Assembly (NCBI GenBank): GCA_947594925.1
Contig: CANQEJ010000001.1
Coordinates: 7,837 to 71,836, forward strand
Source of the DNA: an uncultured Bacilli bacterium
GTDB taxonomy: Bacteria; Bacillota_I; Bacilli_A; RF39; UBA660
Reading direction: 5' to 3'
Length of the DNA: 64,000 nucleotides
The notes beneath the pieces were generated by a model. It was not told the origin of the DNA, ran no database searches, and saw only the letters and a program-made list of their open reading frames with translations. Below are positions 51,600 to 63,008 of the stretch, in pieces; within the stretch, counting starts at the first letter, position 1; the number at the start of each line of letters is the position of its first letter. Both the position numbers and the translations under genes were made by a program.

Positions 51600-52349
51600 A
51601 TGTTAACAGATACCCATTGCCATATTTTTAAATGTGACTTTGAAAACATTGAGGAAGTACTTAATACTGCTTGTGAAAATGGAGTTAATAGATTTATAAA
51701 TAATGCTACAGATAGAAATAGTTGTGAAGAATTAATTGATCTTTTAGCTACGTATCCAAGTATGTATGGAGCTTTAGGAATTCATCCAGAATTTGCTGAT
51801 AGTTATAAACAAAAAGATTTAGAATTTATCAAAGCTAATCTTAATACTCCAAAAATAATTGCAATTGGAGAAATAGGACTTGATTATTACTATACTAAGG
51901 AAAATAAAGATAAACAAATAGAGCTTTTTGAAAAGCAATTAAACCTAGCCGAAAAATGCAATCTGCCAGTTATTATCCATAATCGTAACGCAACTGATGA
52001 TATATTAAGAATTCTAAAAAAACATCATAATAGAGGAGTAATACATGCTTTTAATGGTAGTATTGAAACAGCTAGAGAATTTCTAAAACTAGGGTTTAAA
52101 TTAGGAATTAATGGAGTAGTTACTTTTAAAAATTGTAATTTAAAAGAAACCTTAACTAAACTGGAAATTACCGATTTAGTCTTAGAAACGGACTGTCCAT
52201 ATCTTACTCCTGTACCTTATCGTGGTCAAAAAAATGAACCGAAGAACATCAAAATAATAGCAGAATTCCTTGCTGATTTATATAATTTATCAATAAGTCA
52301 AGTAGAAAATATTACCAATATGAATATTAGGCACATTTTTGACATTTAA
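51600..52349 (+). CDS. tatD: TatD-family metal-dependent hydrolase (YabD)
   Basis: MLTDTHCHI...; TIM-barrel metal ligands. Confidence 0.9.
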   Translation: MLTDTHCHIFKCDFENIEEVLNTACENGVNRFINNATDRNSCEELIDLLATYPSMYGALGIHPEFADSYKQKDLEFIKANLNTPKIIAIGEIGLDYYYTKENKDKQIELFEKQLNLAEKCNLPVIIHNRNATDDILRILKKHHNRGVIHAFNGSIETAREFLKLGFKLGINGVVTFKNCNLKETLTKLEITDLVLETDCPYLTPVPYRGQKNEPKNIKIIAEFLADLYNLSISQVENITNMNIRHIFDI

Positions 52350-52392
52350 TATAATATATGTTAAAATTTTTATTGTAACAGGAGGGTGTTAT

Positions 52393-52995
52393 ATGAACCA
52401 TTGCCTAATAAAAAAGATAAGCATTGTTTTAAAAACCATTGTTATATTTTTACTGGTAATGATTTTAGAAAGTCAAACAAATACGATGGTTTTAAATGCC
52501 CGAAATAGTAATTTAAATAAACAAGTTGATGTCCAAGCTTTAGCTATATTAGATATTTCGACAGTAAGCGAAGAAGAGAAAGCTGTTGCTCAGATGTTAA
52601 ATGACCAAATTACTGAAGAAAATCAAATTGTTAAAGAAGATGTTACGCCAGTTAAAAGTTATTCTAGTAAAATGACTGGTTATGTATATAATTGTCCTTT
52701 ATGTTCAGGACGTCTTGCTTGTGATGCTAGTATTGATTTATCAGATGGTACAATTAATTATAATGATAAAACTTATGGTGATGTAAGAATTGTTGCTTCT
52801 TCTAAAAATTTAGAGTGCGGTTCTATTGTTTCTATTAATGCGGAAAAAGTTTCTAGTGAACCAATCATTGCTATCGTTTTAGATAGAGGTGTAACAGGAC
52901 ATAAATTAGATTTACTAATGCCAAGTGAACATGCAGCTCGTAGTCAAATTGGTAATACTCCTATTACTTATGATGTACTAAGAGAAGGTTATTAA
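52393..52995 (+). CDS. 3D-domain protein (YabE/YuiC-like)
   Basis: C-terminal 3D-domain pattern (VASSKNLECGSIVSIN...VLDRGVTGHKLDLLM); N-terminal transmembrane segment; start at ATG 52393 behind GGAGGG. Confidence 0.55.
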   Translation: MNHCLIKKISIVLKTIVIFLLVMILESQTNTMVLNARNSNLNKQVDVQALAILDISTVSEEEKAVAQMLNDQITEENQIVKEDVTPVKSYSSKMTGYVYNCPLCSGRLACDASIDLSDGTINYNDKTYGDVRIVASSKNLECGSIVSINAEKVSSEPIIAIVLDRGVTGHKLDLLMPSEHAARSQIGNTPITYDVLREGY

Positions 52996-53120
52996 AATTT
53001 ATAAAAAATATACTCTTGAAAAAAGAGTTTTTTTATGACAAAAATAAGTAAATTTTTAGGACTTCATATTGTTTATACTCTTTTTAATTTATATAATATC
53101 TAAGGAAAGTAGTGATATTA

Positions 53121-55352
53121 ATGGAAAAAGCATGGCATAATTTTAAAGGAGAAAACTGGAAACAAAAAATAGATGTTGCTCTTTTTATCAAAGAAAATTA
53201 TACTGAATATACAGAAGATGAAAGTTTTTTAGTAGGTCCAACTGATAAAACTAAAGCAGTTTGGCAAGTTTGTGAAAAAGCTTTAAAAGAAGAACTAGAT
53301 AAAGGAATATATGATGTTGAAGTAAATGAAGTATCGGGAATTAATAACTTTAAACCGGGTTATATCTGTAAAGAAGATGATGTCATTGTTGGCTTACAAA
53401 CAGATGGACTTCTTAAAAGAATAGTTAATCCTTTTGGTGGTATGAGGATGGTTAAATCCGCTTTATCTGCCTATGGTTATGAACTTAATAAAGATATAGA
53501 TAAATATTTTAATAAATATCGCAAAACTCATAATGACGGAGTTTTTGATGCCTATACAACTGATATTAGAAAAGCTCGTCATTGTGGTTTACTAACTGGT
53601 CTTCCCGATGCTTATGGAAGAGGAAGAATAATAGGTGATTATCGTCGTATTGCTTTATATGGTATTGATTTTTTAGTCGAAGAAAAGAAAAAAGATTTAC
53701 TTAAACTAGAACAAGAAGAATTAACAGAATATGTAATTCGTTTAAGAGAAGAAGTAAGTATGCAAATTAAAGCTTTACAAGAAATTAAAGATATGGCGCA
53801 AAGTTATGGTTTTGATATTTCGCTTCCTGCAACTAATGCTAAAGAAGCGACACAATGGTTATACTTTGGTTACTTAGCAGCCATTAAAGAAAATAACGGA
53901 GCAGCTATGAGCTTAGGTCGTACTTCAACTTTCTTAGATATTTATATAGAAAGAGATTTACAAGAAGGAATCTTAACTGAAAAAGAGGCACAGGAGATTA
54001 TTGATAACTTTATCATTAAATTGCGTATGGCTCGTCATCTAAGAACGCCAGAATATAATGAACTTTTTGCTGGGGACCCAACTTGGGTTACCGAAAGTAT
54101 TGGTGGTATGCTTGATGAAAAACACTCTTTAGTTACTAAAACATCTTTTAGATATTTACATACTTTAACTAACTTAGAAAGTTCTCCAGAACCTAATATG
54201 ACCGTTTTATGGAGTGATAAACTTCCTGATAAATTTAAAAAATATTGTGCTAAAATGTCTATCAATACTGATGCAATTCAATATGAAAATGATGAATTAA
54301 TGCGTCCAATTCATGGTTACGACTATGCCATAGCTTGTTGTGTTTCTGCCATGACTGTTGGTAAACAAATGCAATTTTTTGGAGCGCGTTGTAACTTAGC
54401 TAAAGCATTATTATATGCTATTAATGGCGGTGTTGATGAAGTTAAAGGCGACCAAGTTATTGATGGCTTTGAAAAAATGACTGATGAATATTTAGATTAT
54501 GATAAAGTAATGACTGTCTATGATAAAATGCTTGATAAAGTAGCGAAAATTTATGTTGATGCCATGAATATAATCCATTTTATGCATGATAAATATGCGT
54601 ATGAAGCTGGTCAAATGGCTTTACATGATACAGACCCAGAAAAATTAATGGCTTTTGGTATCGCCGGTTTCTCTGTGGCTATCGATTCTTTATCAGCAAT
54701 TAAATATGCTAAAGTAAAACCAATTCGTAATGAACAAGGGGTTGCTATTGATTTTGAAATAGAAGGGGACTTCCCCAAATATGGTAATGATGATGACCGT
54801 GTTGATAGTATGGGTATAGATTTAGTTCAGAGATTTTTTAACAAATTATCCCAATATAAACTTTATAAAAATGCTAAGCATACTTTATCAATCTTAACAA
54901 TTACATCTAATGTTGTCTATGGTAAAAAAACCGGCTCTACCCCTGATGGTAGAAAAGCTGGTGAACCTTTTGCACCGGGAGCAAATCCAATGCATGGTAG
55001 AGATGCTAGTGGGGCTTTAGCTTCTTTAAACTCTGTTGCTAAAATCCCATATCCTAATGTTTGTGAAGATGGAATATCTAATACCTTCTCCATTATTCCT
55101 AATACCCTAGGACATAGTGAAGACGAAAGAAAAGCCAATCTAGTAAACATTATGGATGGCTACTTTAAACAAGGTGCTCATCATTTAAACGTTAACGTTT
55201 TAAATAGAGAAACGCTAGAAGATGCAATGGAAAACCCCGATAAATATCCAAATTTGACAATTAGAGTATCCGGTTATGCAGTTAGATTTATTCGTCTTTC
55301 TCGCGCCCATCAATTGGAAGTTATAAGTAGAACTTTTCACGGAAGTATTTAA
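53121..55352 (+). CDS. pflB: Formate C-acetyltransferase (pyruvate formate-lyase)
   Basis: Glycyl-radical motif RVSGYAVRF; active-site CC pair. Confidence 0.95.
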   Translation: MEKAWHNFKGENWKQKIDVALFIKENYTEYTEDESFLVGPTDKTKAVWQVCEKALKEELDKGIYDVEVNEVSGINNFKPGYICKEDDVIVGLQTDGLLKRIVNPFGGMRMVKSALSAYGYELNKDIDKYFNKYRKTHNDGVFDAYTTDIRKARHCGLLTGLPDAYGRGRIIGDYRRIALYGIDFLVEEKKKDLLKLEQEELTEYVIRLREEVSMQIKALQEIKDMAQSYGFDISLPATNAKEATQWLYFGYLAAIKENNGAAMSLGRTSTFLDIYIERDLQEGILTEKEAQEIIDNFIIKLRMARHLRTPEYNELFAGDPTWVTESIGGMLDEKHSLVTKTSFRYLHTLTNLESSPEPNMTVLWSDKLPDKFKKYCAKMSINTDAIQYENDELMRPIHGYDYAIACCVSAMTVGKQMQFFGARCNLAKALLYAINGGVDEVKGDQVIDGFEKMTDEYLDYDKVMTVYDKMLDKVAKIYVDAMNIIHFMHDKYAYEAGQMALHDTDPEKLMAFGIAGFSVAIDSLSAIKYAKVKPIRNEQGVAIDFEIEGDFPKYGNDDDRVDSMGIDLVQRFFNKLSQYKLYKNAKHTLSILTITSNVVYGKKTGSTPDGRKAGEPFAPGANPMHGRDASGALASLNSVAKIPYPNVCEDGISNTFSIIPNTLGHSEDERKANLVNIMDGYFKQGAHHLNVNVLNRETLEDAMENPDKYPNLTIRVSGYAVRFIRLSRAHQLEVISRTFHGSI

Positions 55353-56044
55353 TGCAAGGGTATATTTCAAGTGTTGAACCCATGGGCTTAGTAGATGGTC
55401 CAGGGCTAAGATATGTGGTCTTTATGCAAGGTTGTAAATTAAGATGTCTTTATTGTCACAATCCTGAAACATGGCAAATGACCGAAGATAAAAAAATGAC
55501 TTCTGAGGAACTATTTCAAAAAATAAAACGTTATAAAAATTACTACACTAATGGTGGTGTTACGTTTAGTGGGGGCGAACCCTTATTACAAAAAGACTTC
55601 TTAATAGATATTTTAAAAAAATGCCAGGCAGAAAAAATTCATACTGCCCTAGATACTGCTGGTGTGGGTGTAGGTGGTTATGAAGAAATATTAAAATATG
55701 TTGATTTAATTATCTTAGATATTAAAGCGGTAGATGAACAAAACTACCAAACCATAACCGGTTCTAACATGGCAGAATTTAATAAATTTTTAGATGTTGC
55801 TATAAAGATGAACAAAGATTTTTGGTTAAGAAGTGTCATAGTACCAGGTTTAAATGATACAAAAGAATACATCTTAGCTTTAAAAAAGTACATTTCTAAA
55901 ATTCCTAACGTCTTAAAAGTAGAATTGCTTCCTTATCATTTATACGGAGTGGATAAATATAAAGAACTAAACATAAAATATCCTTTAGAAAAAACACCAC
56001 CAATGGATTTAGATAAAATAAAAGAATTGGAAAAATATTTATGA
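55352..56044 (+). CDS. pflA: Pyruvate formate-lyase activating enzyme (radical SAM)
   Basis: CKLRCLYCHNPE radical-SAM cluster; translationally coupled to pflB. Confidence 0.9.
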   Translation: MQGYISSVEPMGLVDGPGLRYVVFMQGCKLRCLYCHNPETWQMTEDKKMTSEELFQKIKRYKNYYTNGGVTFSGGEPLLQKDFLIDILKKCQAEKIHTALDTAGVGVGGYEEILKYVDLIILDIKAVDEQNYQTITGSNMAEFNKFLDVAIKMNKDFWLRSVIVPGLNDTKEYILALKKYISKIPNVLKVELLPYHLYGVDKYKELNIKYPLEKTPPMDLDKIKELEKYL

Positions 56045-56499
56045 GAAAATATTCTAAGTATATATATCATGGAAAAAATTGGGATGTTATATTTTGCGAT
56101 TGGAAACAACATTTTTTAGGATATTGCGTAATTAGTAATCAAAAAGAACATTTAGGAAGTCTAACAACTGAGGAGTGGCAAGAATTAGGAATATTAGAAA
56201 AAGAACTAGAAAGAGTAATGAAAAAATTATTTAATGCTACTATGTTTAATTTTTGTTGCCTTATGAATAATGCATATCGAGATGATGAAAATCCACATGT
56301 CCATTTTCATTTTATTCCCAGATATAAAAATACAGTTGAAATTTTTAATAAATCTTTCATAGATAAATTTTTTGGTTACAATTTTTATAAATGGAACAAT
56401 GATAAAATAAATAAGCAAAAAGATATTTTCAAAAAAGAAGAAAAAGAAATTATATTTAATTTAATTAAAAAAGAATTTTTTATAAAAAACAGTAAATGA
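56041..56499 (+). CDS. HIT-family hydrolase
   Basis: Histidine triad HVHFHFIP. Confidence 0.65.
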   Translation: MRKYSKYIYHGKNWDVIFCDWKQHFLGYCVISNQKEHLGSLTTEEWQELGILEKELERVMKKLFNATMFNFCCLMNNAYRDDENPHVHFHFIPRYKNTVEIFNKSFIDKFFGYNFYKWNNDKINKQKDIFKKEEKEIIFNLIKKEFFIKNSK

Positions 56500-56631
56500 C
56501 TCCATAAAATAATTGGAAAGGCTTTATCCTAATATAAAGCTTTTTTTTATGAAAAAACTTTAAAAATATCGCCAAGCGACTTATAATAAGAAACAAAGAG
56601 AAATTAATACCTACTTAGAAGGGAGATAAAA

Positions 56632-57726
56632 ATGGATTTATCAAACATAGAACAAGAAAATGAAAAATTATTAATAGCTAGTAAACTTATCAATGCTAAA
56701 AACTTTGCTAAAGCTAAAACAATTTTAGAAGAATATATAATGAAAGTAACACCTCTAATTAAACAAGACTCTAAAGAGGAAGACTTATGTTTTAGTAATG
56801 TGGGAGAATTTTATGTTTATATTCAAAAATTTAAACCTAAAAAAAATATTATATGGGTAAATTGTAAACTAGATATTGCTTATCAATGGCTTGCTTATAT
56901 AGCTAATGAAGAGCAAAAATTTAAAGAGGCCTTAGATTATATCAAAAAAGGTTTAATTTACAATCCTATGAATACGGATTTATATTATGAAAAAATAGAA
57001 ACTTATAAATTTCAAAAAGATTGGGATAATCTATATAAAGTAACAGACGAAGTGTATCCACTTATATTAACTTCTCGTGACTTAGCTAAATATTATCGAG
57101 CTTTAGGTTATTATTTTATCGAAAAAGGCATATTTGAGGTAGCCTATGCCTTATATATGTTTAGTTTAGAATATGATGAAAGCATAGTAGCTAAAAAAGA
57201 AATAAATTATATAAGAGAAACAATTAACAATCCACAATTTAATATGACCTTACCAGATGCTATTACTATCTTTCTAAAAAATAATATAAATGTGGGTGCT
57301 CCTAAAGAAAATGTTCAATTTTTAAAGAAACTTTTAAATGAAGAAAGCTTAATTAAAAATGATGAAGAAACAAAATTTGATATCGAAGAAAATTTGTTTC
57401 GTTTAACTAATGATGATACTTATTTCCATAGTTTATTTCTCGACCTAGATATTGGTAAAGAAGAAATAAGTGAAGAAGCAACTCTAAGACTTTTAAACAA
57501 AGATAAATTTATGAAAAATATGTTATCAAACGATTATCAACTTGAATACATTATTGATACAAAAGAAAATTCTTATAAAGGGTTTATCCACATTGCTGAT
57601 GATGACATCCAAGAAGAAGGTTTAGATAAAGACTGTCCTTATAAAATAGAATTAGTAGGGATATTTAGCTCTGATAATCGCGAGCACAGTTTCATCGAAT
57701 TTAAAATAGCTAACAGGGAGGAATAA
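56632..57726 (+). CDS. Hypothetical helical-repeat (TPR-like) protein
   Basis: 364 aa; its stop overlaps the start of the next ORF. Confidence 0.45.
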   Translation: MDLSNIEQENEKLLIASKLINAKNFAKAKTILEEYIMKVTPLIKQDSKEEDLCFSNVGEFYVYIQKFKPKKNIIWVNCKLDIAYQWLAYIANEEQKFKEALDYIKKGLIYNPMNTDLYYEKIETYKFQKDWDNLYKVTDEVYPLILTSRDLAKYYRALGYYFIEKGIFEVAYALYMFSLEYDESIVAKKEINYIRETINNPQFNMTLPDAITIFLKNNINVGAPKENVQFLKKLLNEESLIKNDEETKFDIEENLFRLTNDDTYFHSLFLDLDIGKEEISEEATLRLLNKDKFMKNMLSNDYQLEYIIDTKENSYKGFIHIADDDIQEEGLDKDCPYKIELVGIFSSDNREHSFIEFKIANREE

Positions 57727-58958
57727 TGAAAGCCAAAATAAAACTACTAGATATTCAAAAGAAAATGACTAATGATAATTTACAAGATTTTAGACTACTT
57801 GTTAAAGTCATAAATAAAATAGATAATCAAGATAAACACTTTGATATTTTATATAATATGCTCTTAGAAAAATATGATAATTTATTAAATGAAGTATTTC
57901 AAAACTTAGATAATAAAAGAGGTTCAGTTAAAGGTGATTTCTATAAATATGTAAAACTAGCTCCTTTAGTTTTAGAACATCCCTTACCTAATATAGAAAT
58001 AGAAGACATGTTAGAAGTAAATCTAAATAAGACAATCAAAATTACTTATGATTTTTTTAACAGTCTAAATGAAGAGTATGGTTATCGTTTTTTAAATATA
58101 TTAAATGAACCATTAATTGATGAAAAAAATAAAAAGGTTTATGCTAATACAATTTTTAATTCCGAATTAAACCCTCGTTATGATTTACCTATTGATACAG
58201 GAGTTTTTAATAATGGTATGACTAATATTGTTTATAATAACACCTTAGATGATGTTATTTCTTTAGTTCATGAAATAACTCATAAATTTTCCTATCAAAA
58301 TGAAGGTAAGAATAAGTTAGAGCAAAGAACAATTTTTAATGTTTTCCAAGAAGTTCCTCCTATAACTATGGAATTTCTTCTAAGAGACTATTTACAAAAA
58401 CTATATCCTGATGAAGATATTAATAAATATTTTCTTTCCCGTTTTCAAGATACATATAATCAAACCAAAAGATTATTTTTGGAATATGTTTTATACAAAA
58501 TATATAAGTTAAATGAAAATTATTTAAGCTTAGATATTATTAAGAGTTATTTTGCTAATCTAGATTATAACTCATTAGAATACAAGCTATTTGGTGATGT
58601 TGATGAATTTGATGAAATGTTAATAGATATTGTCAATCCTGATGATGGGGAAAATCCTTTAAGATTTCCTGATGCTAGTCCTTATTTATTAGGAACACTT
58701 TTAGGAATAGATTTATATTTAAAAATTAAAGCTAATCCCGATGCTCTAAAAGATTTTTATACTCTAATTGAAATATTAGGTAATAATGATTTAAATATTA
58801 AGACTGATTTACAAACTTTAAAAGAATTAGGAATTAATCTTTTTAATGAAGCTGGTAAGCTTGTTATTAGTGATGATATAATCTCGCAATTTCAAGCTAG
58901 TTATAGCACAATGCTAAATGATTTTACGGTTTCTTTTAAAGATAATTTACAAAGATAA
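57726..58958 (+). CDS. Hypothetical protein with an HExxH motif (putative zinc metallopeptidase)
   Basis: LVHEITHKF motif; no further family assignment. Confidence 0.45.
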   Translation: MKAKIKLLDIQKKMTNDNLQDFRLLVKVINKIDNQDKHFDILYNMLLEKYDNLLNEVFQNLDNKRGSVKGDFYKYVKLAPLVLEHPLPNIEIEDMLEVNLNKTIKITYDFFNSLNEEYGYRFLNILNEPLIDEKNKKVYANTIFNSELNPRYDLPIDTGVFNNGMTNIVYNNTLDDVISLVHEITHKFSYQNEGKNKLEQRTIFNVFQEVPPITMEFLLRDYLQKLYPDEDINKYFLSRFQDTYNQTKRLFLEYVLYKIYKLNENYLSLDIIKSYFANLDYNSLEYKLFGDVDEFDEMLIDIVNPDDGENPLRFPDASPYLLGTLLGIDLYLKIKANPDALKDFYTLIEILGNNDLNIKTDLQTLKELGINLFNEAGKLVISDDIISQFQASYSTMLNDFTVSFKDNLQR

Positions 58959-59049
58959 AATAAATTAGCACTCATATATTGACAAGTGCTAATTTTTAGT
59001 ATTATAATTTAATTAGCAAACCCAATAAATGAGTGCTAGGAGGAAATAT

Positions 59050-60915
59050 ATGAAAAAAGAATTTAAAGCAGAATCAAAAAGATTAATGGAGTTAATGATT
59101 AATTCAATATATACTAATAAAGAAATATTTTTAAGAGAAATAATTTCTAATGCTTCTGATGCTATTGATAAATTACATTATAAATCATTAACTGATAGAA
59201 AGATTAAAGTTAAAAAAGATGATTTTGCCATTTTTGTTAATATTGATAAAGATAAAAGAACCCTAACTATTAGTGATAATGGTATAGGTATGAATAAAGA
59301 GGAGTTAGAAACTAATTTAGGAACTATTGCCAAGAGTGGTTCATTTGATTTTAAAAATGATAATAAGAAAAAAGAAAATATAGATATCATTGGTCAATTT
59401 GGTGTTGGTTTCTATTCAGCGTTTATGGTTTCTTCGCAAGTAGAAGTTATATCTAAAGCTTTTGGTAGTGATGAAGCTTATAGTTGGGTATCAAGTGGTA
59501 TTGATGGCTATACAATAAAAAAATGTGAAAAAGAAAATTATGGTACAGATATAATTTTAACTATCAAAGATGATGATAAAGAATATGACCAATATTTAGA
59601 AGAATATAATATTAAAAGTTTAATTAAAAAATATTCTGATTATATTACTTATCCAATTAAGATGGAAGTTACCAAAACTAAAGAAAAAGAAGGAAAAGAA
59701 AACGAATTTGAAGAATATAAAGAAATAGAAGTGATTAATAGTTTAGTTCCTTTATGGAAAAGAAATAAAAAAGATATTAAACAAGAAGATTATGATACTT
59801 TCTATTCTGATAAATTCTTTGATTATGAAAAACCCTTGGCACAGATACATACAGCAGCTGAAGGGACAATTGAATACAACTCTTTAATCTATATTCCTTC
59901 TCATGCTTCTTATGATTATTACTCTAAAGATTATGAAAAAGGTTTACAATTATATTCTAATGGGGTCTTAATCATGGAAAAATGTGCTGATTTAGTTCCT
60001 GATTACTTTAGCTTTGTTAAAGGAGTAGTAGATTCTCCAGATTTATCTTTAAATATCTCACGTGAAACTTTACAACAAAATCGTGTCTTAAAAACTATTG
60101 CTACCAATATTGAAAAAAGAATAAAATCTGAGCTTTTAGAAATGCAAGAGAAAAAAGAAGTTGATTACTTAAAATTCTGGGAAGCTTTTGGTATGCAAAT
60201 TAAAGTTGGGGTTTATAACGATTTTGGTATGAACAAAGAGAAATTACAAGATTTATTAATGTTTTATTCTTCCAAAGAAGAAAAACTTATTACACTAGCT
60301 GATTATGTCAAACGTCATAAAGATTATAAAGATATTTATTATGCTTGTGGAAATACAACAGAACAAATTGCTATGCTTCCTCAAGTAGAAGCTGTTATTG
60401 AACATGATAAAGAAGTCTTATTCTGTACAGATTATGTTGATGAATTTGTTTTAAAAACATTAATGAAATACGATGATAAAGAATTTAAAAATGTTTGCTC
60501 AGATAATATAGATTTAGATACAGAAGAGGAAAAAGAAGCTTTAAATAAATTAAATGAAAAATCTAAAGATATGTTAAATTTAATTAAAGATACAATAGCT
60601 GTTAAAGATGTTAAATTCACAAACAAGTTAAAAAATCATCCTGTTTGTTTAACCTCTGCAGGCGAAATATCTGTAGAGATGGAAAAAGTCATGAAACAGA
60701 TGCCAACCGCTGAAAATATCAATGCTGAAAAAATTCTAGAAATTAATGAAAACCACCCAATTGCTAAAAAATTACAAAATCTATATAAAAAAGATAAAGA
60801 AGAATTAAAAGCATATAGTAAAGTCTTATATGCCCAAGCCAGATTGATAGAAGGACTTCCTGTTGAAAATCCGACAGAAATTACTAATTTAATATGTGAT
60901 ATGTTATCTAAATAA
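59050..60915 (+). CDS. htpG: Chaperone HtpG (Hsp90)
   Basis: GHKL N-domain IISNASDAIDK; start at ATG 59050 behind AGGAGG. Confidence 0.95.
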   Translation: MKKEFKAESKRLMELMINSIYTNKEIFLREIISNASDAIDKLHYKSLTDRKIKVKKDDFAIFVNIDKDKRTLTISDNGIGMNKEELETNLGTIAKSGSFDFKNDNKKKENIDIIGQFGVGFYSAFMVSSQVEVISKAFGSDEAYSWVSSGIDGYTIKKCEKENYGTDIILTIKDDDKEYDQYLEEYNIKSLIKKYSDYITYPIKMEVTKTKEKEGKENEFEEYKEIEVINSLVPLWKRNKKDIKQEDYDTFYSDKFFDYEKPLAQIHTAAEGTIEYNSLIYIPSHASYDYYSKDYEKGLQLYSNGVLIMEKCADLVPDYFSFVKGVVDSPDLSLNISRETLQQNRVLKTIATNIEKRIKSELLEMQEKKEVDYLKFWEAFGMQIKVGVYNDFGMNKEKLQDLLMFYSSKEEKLITLADYVKRHKDYKDIYYACGNTTEQIAMLPQVEAVIEHDKEVLFCTDYVDEFVLKTLMKYDDKEFKNVCSDNIDLDTEEEKEALNKLNEKSKDMLNLIKDTIAVKDVKFTNKLKNHPVCLTSAGEISVEMEKVMKQMPTAENINAEKILEINENHPIAKKLQNLYKKDKEELKAYSKVLYAQARLIEGLPVENPTEITNLICDMLSK

Positions 60916-60917
60916 AA

Positions 60918-60958
60918 GGGGCTGAGTGGAAATGAATAATTTCTACTCAGTTCTTTTT
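60918..60958 (+). terminator. htpG terminator hairpin (element copy A)
   Basis: GGGGCTGAGTGGAAAT / ATTTCTACTCAG stem followed by a T-run. Confidence 0.6.
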
Positions 60959-61297
60959 TAATGCTAAAAAAATTAAAAGGCGCTAGAAAACATAATTTCT
61001 AACGCAATATGTGAAGCATCTAATTGACGAAAGAAGATGTTTTACATAGATTATTTTAACATAATAAAAATTGTTTTTATAGTTTCCTCAAATAAATATC
61101 ATGAGGAATACAAAAATGATAATTTTAGCAAAAATTTAAACAAATAAAAATTAATATGTAATATACAAAAACAGTTAAATATAATAATAAAATGCATCTT
61201 GTTAATATTGTACTTAAGTGTTTAAAGTAAAGATTTAAAAATATTTTATATACTATATGATAAATATTGTGTAATTATTAAAATTTTAAATCAAAAA

Positions 61298-61340
61298 GGG
61301 TTGAGTGAAATTATTCATTTCCACTCAGCCCCTTTTTTAG
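61298..61340. repeat. Inverted copy (copy B) of the htpG terminator hairpin element
   Basis: The reverse complement of 61298-61332 nearly matches 60918-60950; flanked by an A-run and a T-run. Confidence 0.5.
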
Positions 61341-61380
61341 TAAAAAAATTGATTAATTATTAATATGTTTTATAATATTA

Positions 61381-62178
61381 TTGGTGATGGATGTGGACAA
61401 CTTTAAACATAAAAAAAGTTTAGGCCAAAATTTTTTAAAAGATAATACCATTTTAGATAATATAGTTAAGGCTATAGATTTAAAGGAAAATGATTTGGTT
61501 TTAGAAATTGGCCCTGGACAAGGAGCATTAACTAAAAAATTACAAACTAAAAATGTAAACTTAATTTGCTATGAAATAGATGAACGTACTAAACCTTATT
61601 TAGAAAAGCTTAGCAATGCTAAAACCGAAATAATCTATGCCGATTTTTTAAAAGTTGATATAAAAAAAGATATAGAAAAATATCAATATCATAATTTATA
61701 TGTCATTGCTAATCTTCCTTATTACATTACAACTCCAATAATAAAAAAGATAATTGATAGTAAAATAGATGTCGATGGGATGCTTTTAATGGTTCAAAAA
61801 GAAGTAGCTGACCGTTTTGGAGCAAAGCCTAAATCAAAAGATTATGGTTCTTTAACAATTTATCTAAATTATTATTTTAATATTACTAAACTATTTAATG
61901 TGCCCGCATCTTGTTTTGACCCTGCTCCAAAGGTAGATAGCGCTGTAGTAAAATTTCAAAAAAGAAAAGAAGAATTTCCTGTTATAAATGAAGAAATGTT
62001 TTTTAAATTAGTTCAAGACGCTTTTAAACAAAAAAGAAAAAACTTAAAAAACAACTTAACAAATTATGATTTAAAAAAGATTGAAAGCGTTTTAACGAAT
62101 TATAATTTATCTTTACAAAATAGAGCGGAAGAAATACCTATTGAAGTATTTATCGACCTGGCTAATAAATTAAACTAA
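61381..62178 (+). CDS. rsmA: 16S rRNA dimethyladenosine transferase RsmA (KsgA)
   Basis: KKSLGQNFL and NLPY motifs. Confidence 0.9.
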   Translation: MVMDVDNFKHKKSLGQNFLKDNTILDNIVKAIDLKENDLVLEIGPGQGALTKKLQTKNVNLICYEIDERTKPYLEKLSNAKTEIIYADFLKVDIKKDIEKYQYHNLYVIANLPYYITTPIIKKIIDSKIDVDGMLLMVQKEVADRFGAKPKSKDYGSLTIYLNYYFNITKLFNVPASCFDPAPKVDSAVVKFQKRKEEFPVINEEMFFKLVQDAFKQKRKNLKNNLTNYDLKKIESVLTNYNLSLQNRAEEIPIEVFIDLANKLN

Positions 62179-62221
62179 TATCATAATGATAAATTTACCA
62201 TATAATATTATGGTGAACATT

Positions 62222-62998
62222 ATGAAAATAAAAAAAGGTGATTATGTTACAAGAAAGTCTTATGAAAATGATACTGTTTTTTTAGTTTTAAATGTTAGAG
62301 ATAATATTTGTTATTTAAAAGGGGTAGATGTTCGTCTTTACGCGGATAGTGTGGAAAATGATTTAATAAAAGTTAATAAACCAGAAAAAAATGATGCTTT
62401 TATTAAGAAGTTTAAAGATGAATTTTTAATGGATAGAAATGACTATTTCTACTTGCCTCCTCGAGCGCTTCACGTGGACGGAGATATGGAATATTTGGAG
62501 CGTTGTTTAAAGTTTTATAAAGAAGCGGGAGTACAAGCTGTTGGTAAATGTATTGCTGAGAAAGATATTGCTAAAGAACTGCCGCAACTTTTAACTAGTA
62601 TTAATCCGGATATTGTCATAATTAGTGGTCATGATGCATATTATAGAAAAAAAGGAGATATCCACGATATCAACAATTACAAAAATAGTGCTAATTTTGT
62701 TAATGCCGTTAATGTTGCCCGAAAGTATGAAAAAAGTCATGAAAAGTTAGTAATTATAGCAGGAGCTTGTCAAAGTAATTACGAAGAGTTAATTAAAGCT
62801 GGTGCTAATTTTGCTTCAAGTCCAAAAAGAGTAAATATTCATGCTTTAGACCCTGCGATAATTGCCGTATCCCTAGCTTTAACTGAACGCAATAAAGAAA
62901 TTGACTTAGTAAATCTGTTAGAAAAAACTAAATATGGTAAAGATGGTATGGGCGGTTTAAAATGTAATGGTTTAATGTATGTGGGTTATCCAAGATAA
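62222..62998 (+). CDS. yabG: Sporulation-specific protease YabG
   Basis: KKGDYVTRKSYENDTVFLV...VDVRLYADS aligns with the B. subtilis YabG N-terminus; ksgA-yabG-veg order conserved. Confidence 0.7.
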   Translation: MKIKKGDYVTRKSYENDTVFLVLNVRDNICYLKGVDVRLYADSVENDLIKVNKPEKNDAFIKKFKDEFLMDRNDYFYLPPRALHVDGDMEYLERCLKFYKEAGVQAVGKCIAEKDIAKELPQLLTSINPDIVIISGHDAYYRKKGDIHDINNYKNSANFVNAVNVARKYEKSHEKLVIIAGACQSNYEELIKAGANFASSPKRVNIHALDPAIIAVSLALTERNKEIDLVNLLEKTKYGKDGMGGLKCNGLMYVGYPR

Positions 62999-63008
62999 GG
63001 GGGATTTT

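Noticed and set aside
60951-61297. Searched the AT-rich htpG-ksgA spacer for tRNA, rRNA or CRISPR repeats
   Set aside because: No cloverleaf-capable GC stems and no regular direct-repeat/spacer periodicity. Only the two inverted hairpin copies at its ends were found.
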